DNA from: Acidobacteriota bacterium
Lineage (GTDB): Bacteria > Actinomycetota > Acidimicrobiia > Spongiisociales > UBA11373
Length of the DNA stretch: 47,620 bases
Reading direction: 5' to 3'
NCBI GenBank assembly: GCA_022571885.1
Contig: JACZWZ010000003.1
Location: forward strand, 1-47,620
Both the position numbers and the translations under genes were made by a program. Of this stretch, positions 8,516 to 17,531 are shown piece after piece; the first letter of the stretch is position 1, and every line of letters begins with the position of its first letter. The notes beneath the pieces are model-generated. The model saw only the letters and a list, made by a program, of their open reading frames with translations. It searched no databases and was not told the origin of the DNA.

Positions 8516-9496
8516 ATGCACTACTTTGTCACGGGAGCGACCGGGTTCGTCGGCGGCTACGTGACGTCGCAGCTGTTGGCCGCCGGGCACGACGTGACCG
8601 CTCTGGTTCGGACTCGTGACGATGCCCGCGACATCGCCGCCTATGGAGTACGACCTCACATCGGTTCGGTGACCGACAAGGAGGGGATGCGAAGCGGAGT
8701 GCGGGGGGTCGACGGCGTGCTCCACAGTGCCGGCCATCGGCTCGCCTTCTCGGACCGCAAGACGATGGAAGCAGTCAACGTGCTCGGCAGCCGCAACGTC
8801 TTCGAGTTGGTGCGCGAGCTCTCGATTCCGAAGTGCATATTCACCAGCACGCTCAATGTCTTCTCCGATACGCACGGAGCCGTGGTGGACGAGAGCCACC
8901 GATTCACCGGCACCCATTTGACGGAATACGACCGGGTCCGGGCAGAGGCCCACTTCGGAGTCGCGGCGCCGATGATGGACAGTGGGGTACCGATCATCGC
9001 GCTGATGCCGGGCATGGTCTACGGACCTCGCGATACCAGCGCGATGGCGCGGCTCATCACCAGGGCGATGTTGGGGCGGATCATCGCAGTGTCGGCGAAT
9101 ACCGCGTATTCCTGGGCGCATGTGATGGATGTCGCCCATGCGCACGTGCTGGCGATGCAATTCGGGAGGCCGGGAGAGACCTACATCATCGGGGGCCCGG
9201 CGCACACCGTCAGGGAGGCCCTGATCCTCGCCGGCAACTCGGCCGGCAAGAAACGGCAGCCGATTCCGATTCCGTCTTGGGTGGCGGGTTCCTCGGCGGC
9301 GTTGATGCGCCCGTTTTCCTACATCGTCCCCCCGTGGCGTCGAACCGCCGACCGACTGCGGATTGCTGCTGGGGTTACCTATCTCGGTGATGATTCGAAG
9401 GCGCGAGAGGAGATCGGATTCGATCCCCGGTCGCTTGCCGAGGGAATGCCGGATGCGGCCCGGGCGACGCTCGAGGAGATGATCGACGAAGGCTGA
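8516..9496 (+). CDS. NAD-dependent epimerase/dehydratase family (extended SDR)
   Basis: 326 aa with the N-terminal Rossmann motif MHYFVTGATGFVGGYV. Confidence 0.75.
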   Translation: MHYFVTGATGFVGGYVTSQLLAAGHDVTALVRTRDDARDIAAYGVRPHIGSVTDKEGMRSGVRGVDGVLHSAGHRLAFSDRKTMEAVNVLGSRNVFELVRELSIPKCIFTSTLNVFSDTHGAVVDESHRFTGTHLTEYDRVRAEAHFGVAAPMMDSGVPIIALMPGMVYGPRDTSAMARLITRAMLGRIIAVSANTAYSWAHVMDVAHAHVLAMQFGRPGETYIIGGPAHTVREALILAGNSAGKKRQPIPIPSWVAGSSAALMRPFSYIVPPWRRTADRLRIAAGVTYLGDDSKAREEIGFDPRSLAEGMPDAARATLEEMIDEG

Positions 9497-9563
9497 GAGC
9501 CGTCTCCGGCGCGCAATAATGGTGGCGCGGCCGAACGTCCGGCGGCGTTTCTCGGAGGTACTC

Positions 9564-12071
9564 ATGGCAATTGATCGGTTGACGCGCACCGAGGCAGAGG
9601 AGCGCGCCCGGGCGGTGTCGGACGTCACATACTCATTGCATCTCGATCTCGAGCGAGGCGCCAAGTCGTTCAAAGGTGACATCACCATCGCCTTCGCCCA
9701 TCACGGCGGCGATACCTTCATCGAATGGTTGGGCGGACACATCGAGCAGATGAGCGTCAACGGCTCCGATGTCGAGCCCGTCTGGGACGGCGAGAGGATC
9801 TCGCTATCTGCCGGGAGCCTCGAGGCTCAGAATAAGGTGCATATTGCGTACGAGCGCCCATTCGACCACACCGGTGAAGGCTTCCATCGGTTCACCGATC
9901 CCGAGGACGGCGCCGAGTACATGTACACCCAGTTCGAGCCGTACTCGGCCCACCGCGTGTTTCCCTGCTTCGACCAGCCCGATATCAAGGCAACCTTCGC
10001 GGTGAGCGTCACCGCCCCGACCGAGTGGGCCGTCATCACCGCCGGCGCTGAGATCGATGCCGAGGAAGTCCCCGGAGACCGTACTCGCCGGACCTTCGCC
10101 GAGGAGGGCCCTTTCAGCACCTATCTGCTGGCGATCTGCGCCGGCGATTACGTGGGCGTCTTCGATGAACACAACGGCATCCCTCTCGGCCTCTACACCC
10201 GCAAGTCGAATGCCGAGTACCTCGATGCCGAAGCCCTGTTCGACCTCACCAAGCGGGGGATCGACTTCTACGTCGACCTGTTCAGCGAGTCTTATCCATT
10301 CGGGAAGTACGACCAGCTCTTCGTTCCAGAGTTCAACTGGGGCGGCATGGAGAACGTCGCCGCAGTCACCTACACCGACTCGGTGGTGTTCAAGGAGCCG
10401 CCGACCGAGGATCAGATCGTGCGTCGAGCCGAGTTCTTCATGCATGAGTTGGCGCACATGTGGTTCGGCGATCTGGTCACGCTGAAATGGTGGAACGACC
10501 TGTGGCTCAATGAGTCGTTTGCCTCCTATGTGGCATATCTGGCGATGGAACAGGAGTACCCGTTCATCTGGCAGGACTTCAACTTCCGGATGAAGCTGTG
10601 GGCCTATCGCGAAGACCAGCGCCCGACGACCCACCGAATCGCAGACGACATCGAGACGACCGACGAGACCTTCCTCAATTTCGATGGCATCACCTACGGC
10701 AAGGGAGCATCGGTTCTCAAGCAGTTGGTTAGAACTATCGGACGCGACGGGTTCCGCGACGGGCTTCGCACCTACTTTCGGCGCCACCGATACGGCAATG
10801 CCACGCTCGCCGACTTTCTGGCGGCATTGCAGGAGGGGTCCGGAGTCGACCTCATCGACTGGGCGGCCCGATGGCTGCGGACCGCATCCCTCAACACCTT
10901 GTCGGTGGAGTGGCAGGAGATCGAGGGTCGGGTGACTGCGATGAGACTCAAGCAGACTGCGCCGGATGACCATCCGCATCTGCGACCTCATAGGGTCGGC
11001 ATCGCCTTGATCGATTCCGACGGCGAGATGCACACGGTCGATGCGGCGATCGAGGATGAGTCGGAGGTGTCGGTCGACGATGCGGAAGGCCTCCCCGTCC
11101 CCGTGTTTGTCTTTCCGAACCACGGGGACCACGGGTTCGCCAAGATCGCGCTCGACTCCCGCTCGACGAGTTGGGCGAAAGCAAATCTGGGGTCGATCGA
11201 GGAGCCGCTGCTGCGCCAGCAGGTTTGGGCCTCGCTGTGGGAGATGGTTCGCGACCAGCAGCTGTCGTCGCTGGAATACCTCGGCGCGATCCGAACCATG
11301 CTTCCCGTCGAGCGGTCGCTGCCGATCGTGCAGATGGTGAGTGCCACTGCGCTCGGAGCCGTCGGTCGATACGTGCCGGAACATCGCATCGACGCAGAGG
11401 CATCGGCCCTGGTGGGAGCGGCGCGCGCTGCCATCGACTCGGTTCCCTCGGGCGATCTGAGGGTGCTCTGGGCGCGAGCTCTGACCAGGCTTGCGGCCAC
11501 CCCCGATGACGCCGCGGTGGCAGCTCAGTTGCTCGACGATCCACCCGAGGGGCTGGTGGTGGATCAGGACATGAGATGGTCCGTGGCCGTGAGATGGGTG
11601 TCGCTTGGCCTCGATGGGGCCGGGGAGCGGATCGCGGCGGAGCGAGAGCGCGACCCTTCCGATCGAGGAGATCGAGCAATGGCACAGGCCGAGGCGGCAA
11701 CTCCCGATCCTGCGACCAAGGAGGAGGTGTGGGAGCGTCTGCACGGCAGCGGCTATCCGTCACTTCACCTCACCTTGGCGGCCGCCGGCGGCTTCTGGAG
11801 GCGGTCGCAGCGAGAGATCGTCGATCCGTACGTCCCGAGGTTCTTTGCCGGCTTGCCGTCGCTGTTCGATGATTGGGAGCATGAAGCGGCCAAGAACTAC
11901 TACACCGCGTTCTATCCGGGCTATCGAATCGATGAATCGTCGCTGGACCTGATGGTCGGTGTGCTGGCCGACGATTCGATCGGGTCGATGCTGCGCCGCC
12001 AGTTGGTGGAATCGGCCGACGATGTGCGCCGCGCGATGGCATGTCGTGCCTTGGCGGCGAGTGGCCAGTAG
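9564..12071 (+). CDS. pepN: Aminopeptidase N (M1 family)
   Basis: It has the GGMEN exopeptidase motif and HELAHMWFGDLVTLKWWNDLWLNESFA (HEXXH-18-E). ATG at 9564 is preceded by GGAGG. Confidence 0.9.
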   Translation: MAIDRLTRTEAEERARAVSDVTYSLHLDLERGAKSFKGDITIAFAHHGGDTFIEWLGGHIEQMSVNGSDVEPVWDGERISLSAGSLEAQNKVHIAYERPFDHTGEGFHRFTDPEDGAEYMYTQFEPYSAHRVFPCFDQPDIKATFAVSVTAPTEWAVITAGAEIDAEEVPGDRTRRTFAEEGPFSTYLLAICAGDYVGVFDEHNGIPLGLYTRKSNAEYLDAEALFDLTKRGIDFYVDLFSESYPFGKYDQLFVPEFNWGGMENVAAVTYTDSVVFKEPPTEDQIVRRAEFFMHELAHMWFGDLVTLKWWNDLWLNESFASYVAYLAMEQEYPFIWQDFNFRMKLWAYREDQRPTTHRIADDIETTDETFLNFDGITYGKGASVLKQLVRTIGRDGFRDGLRTYFRRHRYGNATLADFLAALQEGSGVDLIDWAARWLRTASLNTLSVEWQEIEGRVTAMRLKQTAPDDHPHLRPHRVGIALIDSDGEMHTVDAAIEDESEVSVDDAEGLPVPVFVFPNHGDHGFAKIALDSRSTSWAKANLGSIEEPLLRQQVWASLWEMVRDQQLSSLEYLGAIRTMLPVERSLPIVQMVSATALGAVGRYVPEHRIDAEASALVGAARAAIDSVPSGDLRVLWARALTRLAATPDDAAVAAQLLDDPPEGLVVDQDMRWSVAVRWVSLGLDGAGERIAAERERDPSDRGDRAMAQAEAATPDPATKEEVWERLHGSGYPSLHLTLAAAGGFWRRSQREIVDPYVPRFFAGLPSLFDDWEHEAAKNYYTAFYPGYRIDESSLDLMVGVLADDSIGSMLRRQLVESADDVRRAMACRALAASGQ

Positions 12072-12135
12072 TCCTTAGTCCTTAGTCAAGACGGTCGCGC
12101 GTTCTGGCTGGAGACTGGGGACTGGAGACTCAGTT
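12069..12135. repeat. Heptamer arrays: TAGTCCT x3 (12069-12089), then GTTCTGG CTGGAGA CTGGGGA CTGGAGA (12101-12128)
   Basis: Read directly. The first TAG is the pepN stop codon. The right end overlaps the stop of the convergent LCP gene. Confidence 0.9.
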
Positions 12136-13641
12136 GCCGGTACCGCAGATGTCGCCGAGCGGAGGAATGTTGAGGGCCTCCGAGGCGGTAGCTGGGTCGG
12201 ATGACAGCACCTTGGCGACCGTTTCGCGGATGACGGTGACGATCGGGATCCAATAGCCCTCGGGGTTCCTGGCGACATAGGCGGTCCCGGTGCCGACAAG
12301 TTCGGGAGCGTTCGGCATGAATCGGACCGAGACGATGGCGGTGGTGTCCACCGATGCGGCGAGTTCGATGAAGTCGGGCCACGCCGGGACGCGGATGTCG
12401 GTGCGGATGCTGCTTTGAATCGCCGGCACCAGACCCGGAAGCGCCCAGATGAGCGCGGTCGGGTTCGCCTGCGCTGCCAGAGCCTCCAGCACACACCGTT
12501 GTCGTCCCATCCGGTTGTAGTCGTCGGTTCCACGCCGTACTCGGGCGTAGGAGAGTGTCTCCTCGCCGTTCATCGAATAGGTGCCGGGCGGGAAGAGGAC
12601 CGGGATCTCGTCCCCGCCGGGCCGGGTGTACTGCTCATCTTCGACCCGGGCCGTGACCGTGATCGTGAGTTCGCCGAGGGCGTCGATGATCGACACGAAA
12701 CCCAGGAGATCGACCAGCGCGTAGTTGTGGATCTCGATGCCGTAGAGGTGGCTGACCAAGTCCATGACCGCGGTTGCTCCTGAGTTGTTGCCGCCCTGGA
12801 ACAACTCAGGATGATCCAGGCCGTATTGGTAGATGGTGTTCGCCAGTTCCGGATAACAATGACATTCCCACACGTCGTAGGCCGGATGATCGGGTGGAAT
12901 CGGCAGCTCGATCTGGTTGCGGGGGAGCTGCAACATGGCGGTGGCACCGGTCACCGGGTCGACCGATACCACGATGATGGTGTCGGTGCGGAGCCCGGGT
13001 CGATCCGGCGCGGCGTCGCCACCGAGCAGCAGGACGTTGAGGCGTCGTTCGGCCAGCGGTGGCAACGTCGTCGTGGTCGTCGGCGCCGGGACGGTCGTAG
13101 TGGTCGGGGGGGCGCTGGTGCCCGTCGTCGTGGTGGGTTCGAGGGTTGTCGTGGTGGAGGGCAGCTCGGTAGTCGTGGTGGCCGCCTGATTCGGATCTAC
13201 CGAGTAGTCGTAGGTGAGGAGGTCATAGAGCGCCAGGTTGCGCTGGGCGGCCCAAGCGTGCGGCGCTGCGGCCGCGGTCGCCAAGATTGCGATCACAGCG
13301 ACCAAGCCGACTACCCGCTTGCCGGCGAACCCGCCTCCGGCGAGCCAGAAGGCGTCGAGCCCTGCCAGGATTCGAAAGACGAACACCGCAGCATTGGCCA
13401 CCACCAAGAGCAGTAGGTAGCCGGGGTGTTCGAAGAAGGGCCGGGCAACGTCCAAGGCGAAGGACTTCCCGCTGCCGAAGAAGATCAGGATCACGATCAC
13501 GGTTGCCGGAAGGGCCGCAATCACCGTGATGCCGATGAGCACGGCGGCTCTTCGTCGATGCCCGGCGTACCAATGCCCCAGACCGGGAATCAGGCCGCTG
13601 AGAACCGCCGCGATCGTCGGAGACAGACGGCGCTTCGTCAC
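12130..13641 (-). CDS. LytR-CpsA-Psr (LCP) family cell-envelope protein
   Basis: 503 aa with N-terminal TM segments, a Thr/Pro-rich linker, and the LCP core LLLGGDAAPDRPGLRTDTIIVVSVDPVTGATAMLQLPRN. Confidence 0.8.
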   Translation of the reverse strand: MTKRRLSPTIAAVLSGLIPGLGHWYAGHRRRAAVLIGITVIAALPATVIVILIFFGSGKSFALDVARPFFEHPGYLLLLVVANAAVFVFRILAGLDAFWLAGGGFAGKRVVGLVAVIAILATAAAAPHAWAAQRNLALYDLLTYDYSVDPNQAATTTTELPSTTTTLEPTTTTGTSAPPTTTTVPAPTTTTTLPPLAERRLNVLLLGGDAAPDRPGLRTDTIIVVSVDPVTGATAMLQLPRNQIELPIPPDHPAYDVWECHCYPELANTIYQYGLDHPELFQGGNNSGATAVMDLVSHLYGIEIHNYALVDLLGFVSIIDALGELTITVTARVEDEQYTRPGGDEIPVLFPPGTYSMNGEETLSYARVRRGTDDYNRMGRQRCVLEALAAQANPTALIWALPGLVPAIQSSIRTDIRVPAWPDFIELAASVDTTAIVSVRFMPNAPELVGTGTAYVARNPEGYWIPIVTVIRETVAKVLSSDPATASEALNIPPLGDICGTGN

Positions 13642-13868
13642 CGGGGAAGCCTACGAGGCATCGCCGGCAACCGGTGGAGGTGATCGTTTGGTGGCGCCGC
13701 GATGGTCTGATTGAGAGCCTTCACCCCGTAAGAGCGTCCGAAAATAGGATGACGTTGTTGAGCCATGCCCATCGCTCTTCGCCATACGACTCATCGCTAG
13801 GCACTCGAGGCCTCAGCCCCAGGCCACCGAGTCGGCGCCTATCGGCGTGGACCCTAAACTTGAGGTCG

Positions 13869-14105
13869 ATGTTGCGTCTCTTCAGGCAGGTCGACGAATT
13901 GGTCCCCGAGGACGTTCGTGAGCGGGCCGACGAAATCATCGAGACCGTCAAGGCGGATCCCACGCTGCTGGCGATACTCGTCGCGATCGGAGTCGCCACG
14001 CTGGCACTCTTCGTGTGGGGCCTCACCAAGCAGGTCTTCAGGGCCGCGATCTTTGCCGGTCTCGCCAGTGCCGGTGTCTGGTACTGGTACTTCAATATTC
14101 GGTGA
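13869..14105 (+). CDS. Small hypothetical membrane protein (78 aa)
   Basis: ATG at 13869. Two hydrophobic segments are present (LLAILVAIGVATLALFVWGL and AAIFAGLASAGVWYWYF). Confidence 0.45.
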   Translation: MLRLFRQVDELVPEDVRERADEIIETVKADPTLLAILVAIGVATLALFVWGLTKQVFRAAIFAGLASAGVWYWYFNIR

Positions 14106-14270
14106 CGCGCCCGTTGGTTGCGCTCGTTGGCAGTCGGAGTTCGCCACTCGCCTCGCTTTGCTCGGCGGGCGATCCTCGGTGGCTGCGCCACCTCGGGGCA
14201 ATCGCGAGCGGGCGATCGCTTCGTGGGCATCACTTCGCTGTGTTCAGCGGCCAGGCGTTTCTGGTTTGCC

Positions 14271-14335
14271 CCGAGCGAAGCGAGGATTGCCCGGACGGAG
14301 TCCGGATCGCCCGAACGAAGTTCGGATCGCATCGC
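14271..14335. terminator. Three tandem 20-mers, two forming perfect 6-bp hairpins; possible bidirectional terminator
   Basis: The units are CCGAGCGAAGCGAGGATTGC, CCGGACGGAGTCCGGATCGC and CCGAACGAAGTTCGGATCGC. Units 2 and 3 fold as CCGGAC-GGA-GTCCGG and CCGAAC-GAA-GTTCGG. They lie between convergent genes, and there is no U-tract. Confidence 0.4.
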
Positions 14336-14365
14336 TCGGTTGGCGATCTTCTTCGGGCAGAGAGC

Positions 14366-14821
14366 TCAGACTCCGAGCCCTGTCAGTGCCCAGCCGACTG
14401 CCAGTCCGTACAGGCCGGCGATCACGTCGTCGAAGGTGATCCCTACCGGTCCGTGAATCCGATCGGCATGGGTGACGCCCGGGAGCACCTTGAAGATGTC
14501 GGCAACCCGGGCGACGACGACCGCTGCGATCCAAGGGATACCGCCAAGGCCGATCATTGCGATGAGCGTTCCTGCGGTTTCGTCCATACAGATCCAACCG
14601 GGGTCGCCCTCATCTGAGAACGGGCGGGCCGACCACAGCGAAGCCCCGACGGCGACGGAAGCGCTGATGAGCGTGACCCACCACTCGGCGTCGGCGGACA
14701 ACAGGAAGATGCCTATCGCGACTGCCATTGCGGCCCCCAAGGTTCCGGCACCCGAGTCGGATCCCCACAGGCGGCGTGGGATGAGACCCAGACCGAACGA
14801 AGAGGCGACCAAACGGTGCAT
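14366..14821 (-). CDS. pgpA: Phosphatidylglycerophosphatase A
   Basis: Starts at MHRLVASSFGLGLIP. DETAGTLIAMIGL and VARVADIFKVLPG are typical PgpA motifs. Confidence 0.75.
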   Translation of the reverse strand: MHRLVASSFGLGLIPRRLWGSDSGAGTLGAAMAVAIGIFLLSADAEWWVTLISASVAVGASLWSARPFSDEGDPGWICMDETAGTLIAMIGLGGIPWIAAVVVARVADIFKVLPGVTHADRIHGPVGITFDDVIAGLYGLAVGWALTGLGV

Positions 14822-14961
14822 GGCGGCGAGGTTAGAACGGCCGGGGACGCGACGAGTGGCGCCTCTCGGCGGAGGGCTCTCGCCACATTTCGAGGTCGCC
14901 GTCGGCGGCCACCCGATCGCAGCGGCGATCGTTGCGACCTGCCTCACTAGCCTCGAACGCC

Positions 14962-16899
14962 ATGCGACCCGAAGATCTCACCGCCTATGCCTCAATGTCC
15001 GATCCCCAGATCCACCCGGACGGCACCCGGATCGCGTTCGTGGTGTCCCGGATGAACTTCGACCAGGATCGCTACGACCGGTCGATTTGGCTGTGGGATG
15101 GCTCCGAGGCACGAGTGTTCACCCACGGCCCGGTGGACAGTCGACCTCGCTGGTCCCCGGACGGCGAGAGCCTCGCCTTCCTGCGGGCTTCCGGCGAGCC
15201 CGGTGAGCACGGCCAGGTGGCGGTGATCGGCGCCGCAGGCGGCGAAGCGACCGTCGTGACCGATTTCGAGATCGGGGCATCGGAGGTCGAGTGGTCGCCA
15301 GGTGGGGCGCAGCTGGCGGTTCTCGGCCTGCGATGGGAGGAGGGGTGGGCCGACCTCGACGACGACGAGCGAGGCAAGACGCCCCGCCGGATTTCGGGCC
15401 CGTTGTGGAGGTTCGACGACAAGGGATACCTCCACGACAGACGCACAATCGTCTACCTGGTCGACCCATCCGGTGGGGACCCGGTTGCGCTCACCGATGA
15501 TGCGTATCGGGACAGCGGCATCGTTTGGCGACGTGACGGTTCGGCGATCGGATTCCTGAGCGCCCGACACGATCGGGCCGGGTTCGACTCGGCCAACCAA
15601 GCATGGGAGGTTTCCATCGGTGGCGGAGCGCCGACTGCCATCGTGGGGCCGGGCATGTGGTCGGTGCTGTCATACAGTCCGGCGGACGTTCCGCATCTGA
15701 TCGGACTCGAGACTCCCGGCGCATACCCGGGAGTCAATGGCCTATTTCGGATCGATGATGGTGCACTCACTCGTCTTGCCGGCGACTACGACCGCAACCT
15801 GTTGTCGCCGGGACCGACAACCACACCGCCGGGACCGCAGTGGCTGTCCGATGGTTCGTGCCGGCTCATCTCCGAGGATCGCGGCACCCACCCGGTGATC
15901 GAGGTGGCTCCACACGGCGCTTGGCATGAGGTTACGGGTGGTAATCGATTGGTCACCGGTATGACCACGCGATCCGACGGCAGCGCAATGGCGCTGGTAT
16001 CGACATCTGTTGCCGATCCCGGGGAGCTTGCCTGGTTCGAAGACGGCGTCGAGACCACGTTGACCGAGATGAACGCATCTTTCCGATCCGAGGCCGGACT
16101 GGTCGAACCGGAACATTTCGTGGCGACTGTGGGCGATATCGACCTCGACGTGTGGGTCTTCTTGCCGCCGGGCGATGAGCCGGTCCCGGTTCTGTTCAAC
16201 ATCCACGGCGGCCCCGCCACCCAGTACGGCTGGGGCTTCTTTGACGAGTTCCAGGTCTACGTCGGCGCCGGGTACGGAGTCGTCGCCACCAACCCGCGTG
16301 GATCGTCTGGAAGGGGGAACGATTTCGTTCGGGCCCCGGTGGAAGTCTGGGGGAAGGACCGCCCGCAGGATATGGAGGATCTGCTCGGAGCATTTGAGGC
16401 CGCCATGGATCGGTTCGACCGGCTCGACCCTGACCGGGCCGGAATCATGGGAGGCTCCTACGGCGGCCTGATGACGGCGAGGATCCTCGCCGTGGACGAC
16501 CGTTGGAAGAGTGCGGTTCCCGAACGCGGCCTCTACAACTTCATGTCGTTCGCCGGCACCTCGGACATCGGCTTCACCTTCCCCCGCAGGTACCTGGGGG
16601 AGTGGCAGTACGACGACTGGGCAGTCTTGTGGGAGGCGAGCCCGCTGAAGCGGGCCCATCTGATCACGACACCTTGTCTGATCCTTCACTCAGAGTCCGA
16701 TCTCAGGTGTCCAATGGAACAAGGCGAGCAGCTGTTCTCCGTTCTGATCGACAACGGCGTGGAGGCGGAGCTGCTTCGATTCCCCGGCGAGGGTCATGAG
16801 TTGTCCCGCGGCGGCAAGCCCAAGCAACGCCGTATCCGCTTCGAGGCGATCCTCGAATGGCACGCCCGGCATCTGGGACCAGTAGCCGGTAACCAGTAA
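14962..16899 (+). CDS. S9 family serine peptidase (prolyl oligopeptidase / acylaminoacyl-peptidase type)
   Basis: It has an N-terminal beta-propeller-like region and a C-terminal hydrolase domain with the GGSYGG nucleophile elbow. ATG at 14962. Confidence 0.85.
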   Translation: MRPEDLTAYASMSDPQIHPDGTRIAFVVSRMNFDQDRYDRSIWLWDGSEARVFTHGPVDSRPRWSPDGESLAFLRASGEPGEHGQVAVIGAAGGEATVVTDFEIGASEVEWSPGGAQLAVLGLRWEEGWADLDDDERGKTPRRISGPLWRFDDKGYLHDRRTIVYLVDPSGGDPVALTDDAYRDSGIVWRRDGSAIGFLSARHDRAGFDSANQAWEVSIGGGAPTAIVGPGMWSVLSYSPADVPHLIGLETPGAYPGVNGLFRIDDGALTRLAGDYDRNLLSPGPTTTPPGPQWLSDGSCRLISEDRGTHPVIEVAPHGAWHEVTGGNRLVTGMTTRSDGSAMALVSTSVADPGELAWFEDGVETTLTEMNASFRSEAGLVEPEHFVATVGDIDLDVWVFLPPGDEPVPVLFNIHGGPATQYGWGFFDEFQVYVGAGYGVVATNPRGSSGRGNDFVRAPVEVWGKDRPQDMEDLLGAFEAAMDRFDRLDPDRAGIMGGSYGGLMTARILAVDDRWKSAVPERGLYNFMSFAGTSDIGFTFPRRYLGEWQYDDWAVLWEASPLKRAHLITTPCLILHSESDLRCPMEQGEQLFSVLIDNGVEAELLRFPGEGHELSRGGKPKQRRIRFEAILEWHARHLGPVAGNQ

Positions 16900-16959
16900 C
16901 CAGTAACCAGTAACCAGTAACCAGTAACCAGTAACCAGTAACCAGTAACCAGTAACCAG
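16879..16959 (+). repeat. Heptamer array CCAGTAA: 9 perfect copies (16893-16955) plus 2 degenerate leading copies
   Basis: Read directly as CCAGTAG CCGGTAA (CCAGTAA)x9 CCAGAGC. The peptidase stop codon at 16897-16899 is the TAA of the first perfect copy. Confidence 0.95.
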
Positions 16960-17105
16960 AGCGTTCCCAGTTCTGGCTGGGTACTGGATACTCGACATCC
17001 GAATAGATGGGCCACCCAGCAGACGGCCTGTGATGCACTCTTCTCGACTTGTCCCCGGCGAGCGGCACGGGGAGGATGTGGCTGCCAACGCGGAAAGGAA
17101 ACTAC

Positions 17106-17531
17106 GTGGGTCACGAGCCGAACATTCGTCCAGGGTTGGAGGACCTGCCGCCAGCCGATCCCACGCCGGGCGCACCGCGCCGGTGGTCACCGCAACGGCC
17201 CGGGGATCTCGGCTCACCGGATGACGTGCCTTGGGGAGGTGCCTTCGGGACTCCGGGGCCGGACACCGGGTTCGCCCATCTGATCGTCAGCAACCGAGAG
17301 CTGCCCGGGTCCGAACATCACCGGTCAGACGTCGAGGCGGTAGTGGCGGCAGTGATGGCGGCTCGGGCTTCGGCCCTCGGGCGGGCTCCTACCCCATCCG
17401 ACGTAGCGGCGGCGATCAACCTGCTGGAACTCACCGATGCCACGGCCGAGTCCTTTGCAGGAATTGCTCACGACCATGCTCGGCTGGGCGCGATTGTTGG
17501 GGCGTTTTCGATCGAGCGCCTCACCGAATGA
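17106..17531 (+). CDS. Hypothetical protein
   Basis: The ORF opens at 17049. GTG at 17106 follows AAGGAAAC, and ATG at 17076 is an alternative start. ATGA overlap with the downstream FAH gene. I recognise no motif. Confidence 0.45.
   Translation: MGHEPNIRPGLEDLPPADPTPGAPRRWSPQRPGDLGSPDDVPWGGAFGTPGPDTGFAHLIVSNRELPGSEHHRSDVEAVVAAVMAARASALGRAPTPSDVAAAINLLELTDATAESFAGIAHDHARLGAIVGAFSIERLTE

Noticed and set aside
8366-9688. 440-aa ORF on the minus strand
   Set aside because: It is antisense to the epimerase gene and the pepN start. It is extremely Arg-rich with no motifs.
9804-11744. 646-aa ORF on the minus strand
   Set aside because: It is antisense to pepN, which has GGMEN and HEXXH-E motifs. 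Its composition is biased to Arg/Gly/Pro, so it is a shadow ORF.
13060-13190. Apparent DNA repeat (runs of ACC/GTC codons)
   Set aside because: It encodes the Thr/Pro-rich linker (TTTTELPSTTTTLEPTTTTG...) of the LCP protein. This is low-complexity coding sequence, not an independent repeat element.
16690-17217. ORFs translating the heptamer array as LLVTGYW repeats
   Set aside because: The repeat peptide is a by-product of the period-7 DNA array read on the reverse strand. The ORFs overlap the 3-prime end of the peptidase gene, and three different frames give the same permuted peptide.
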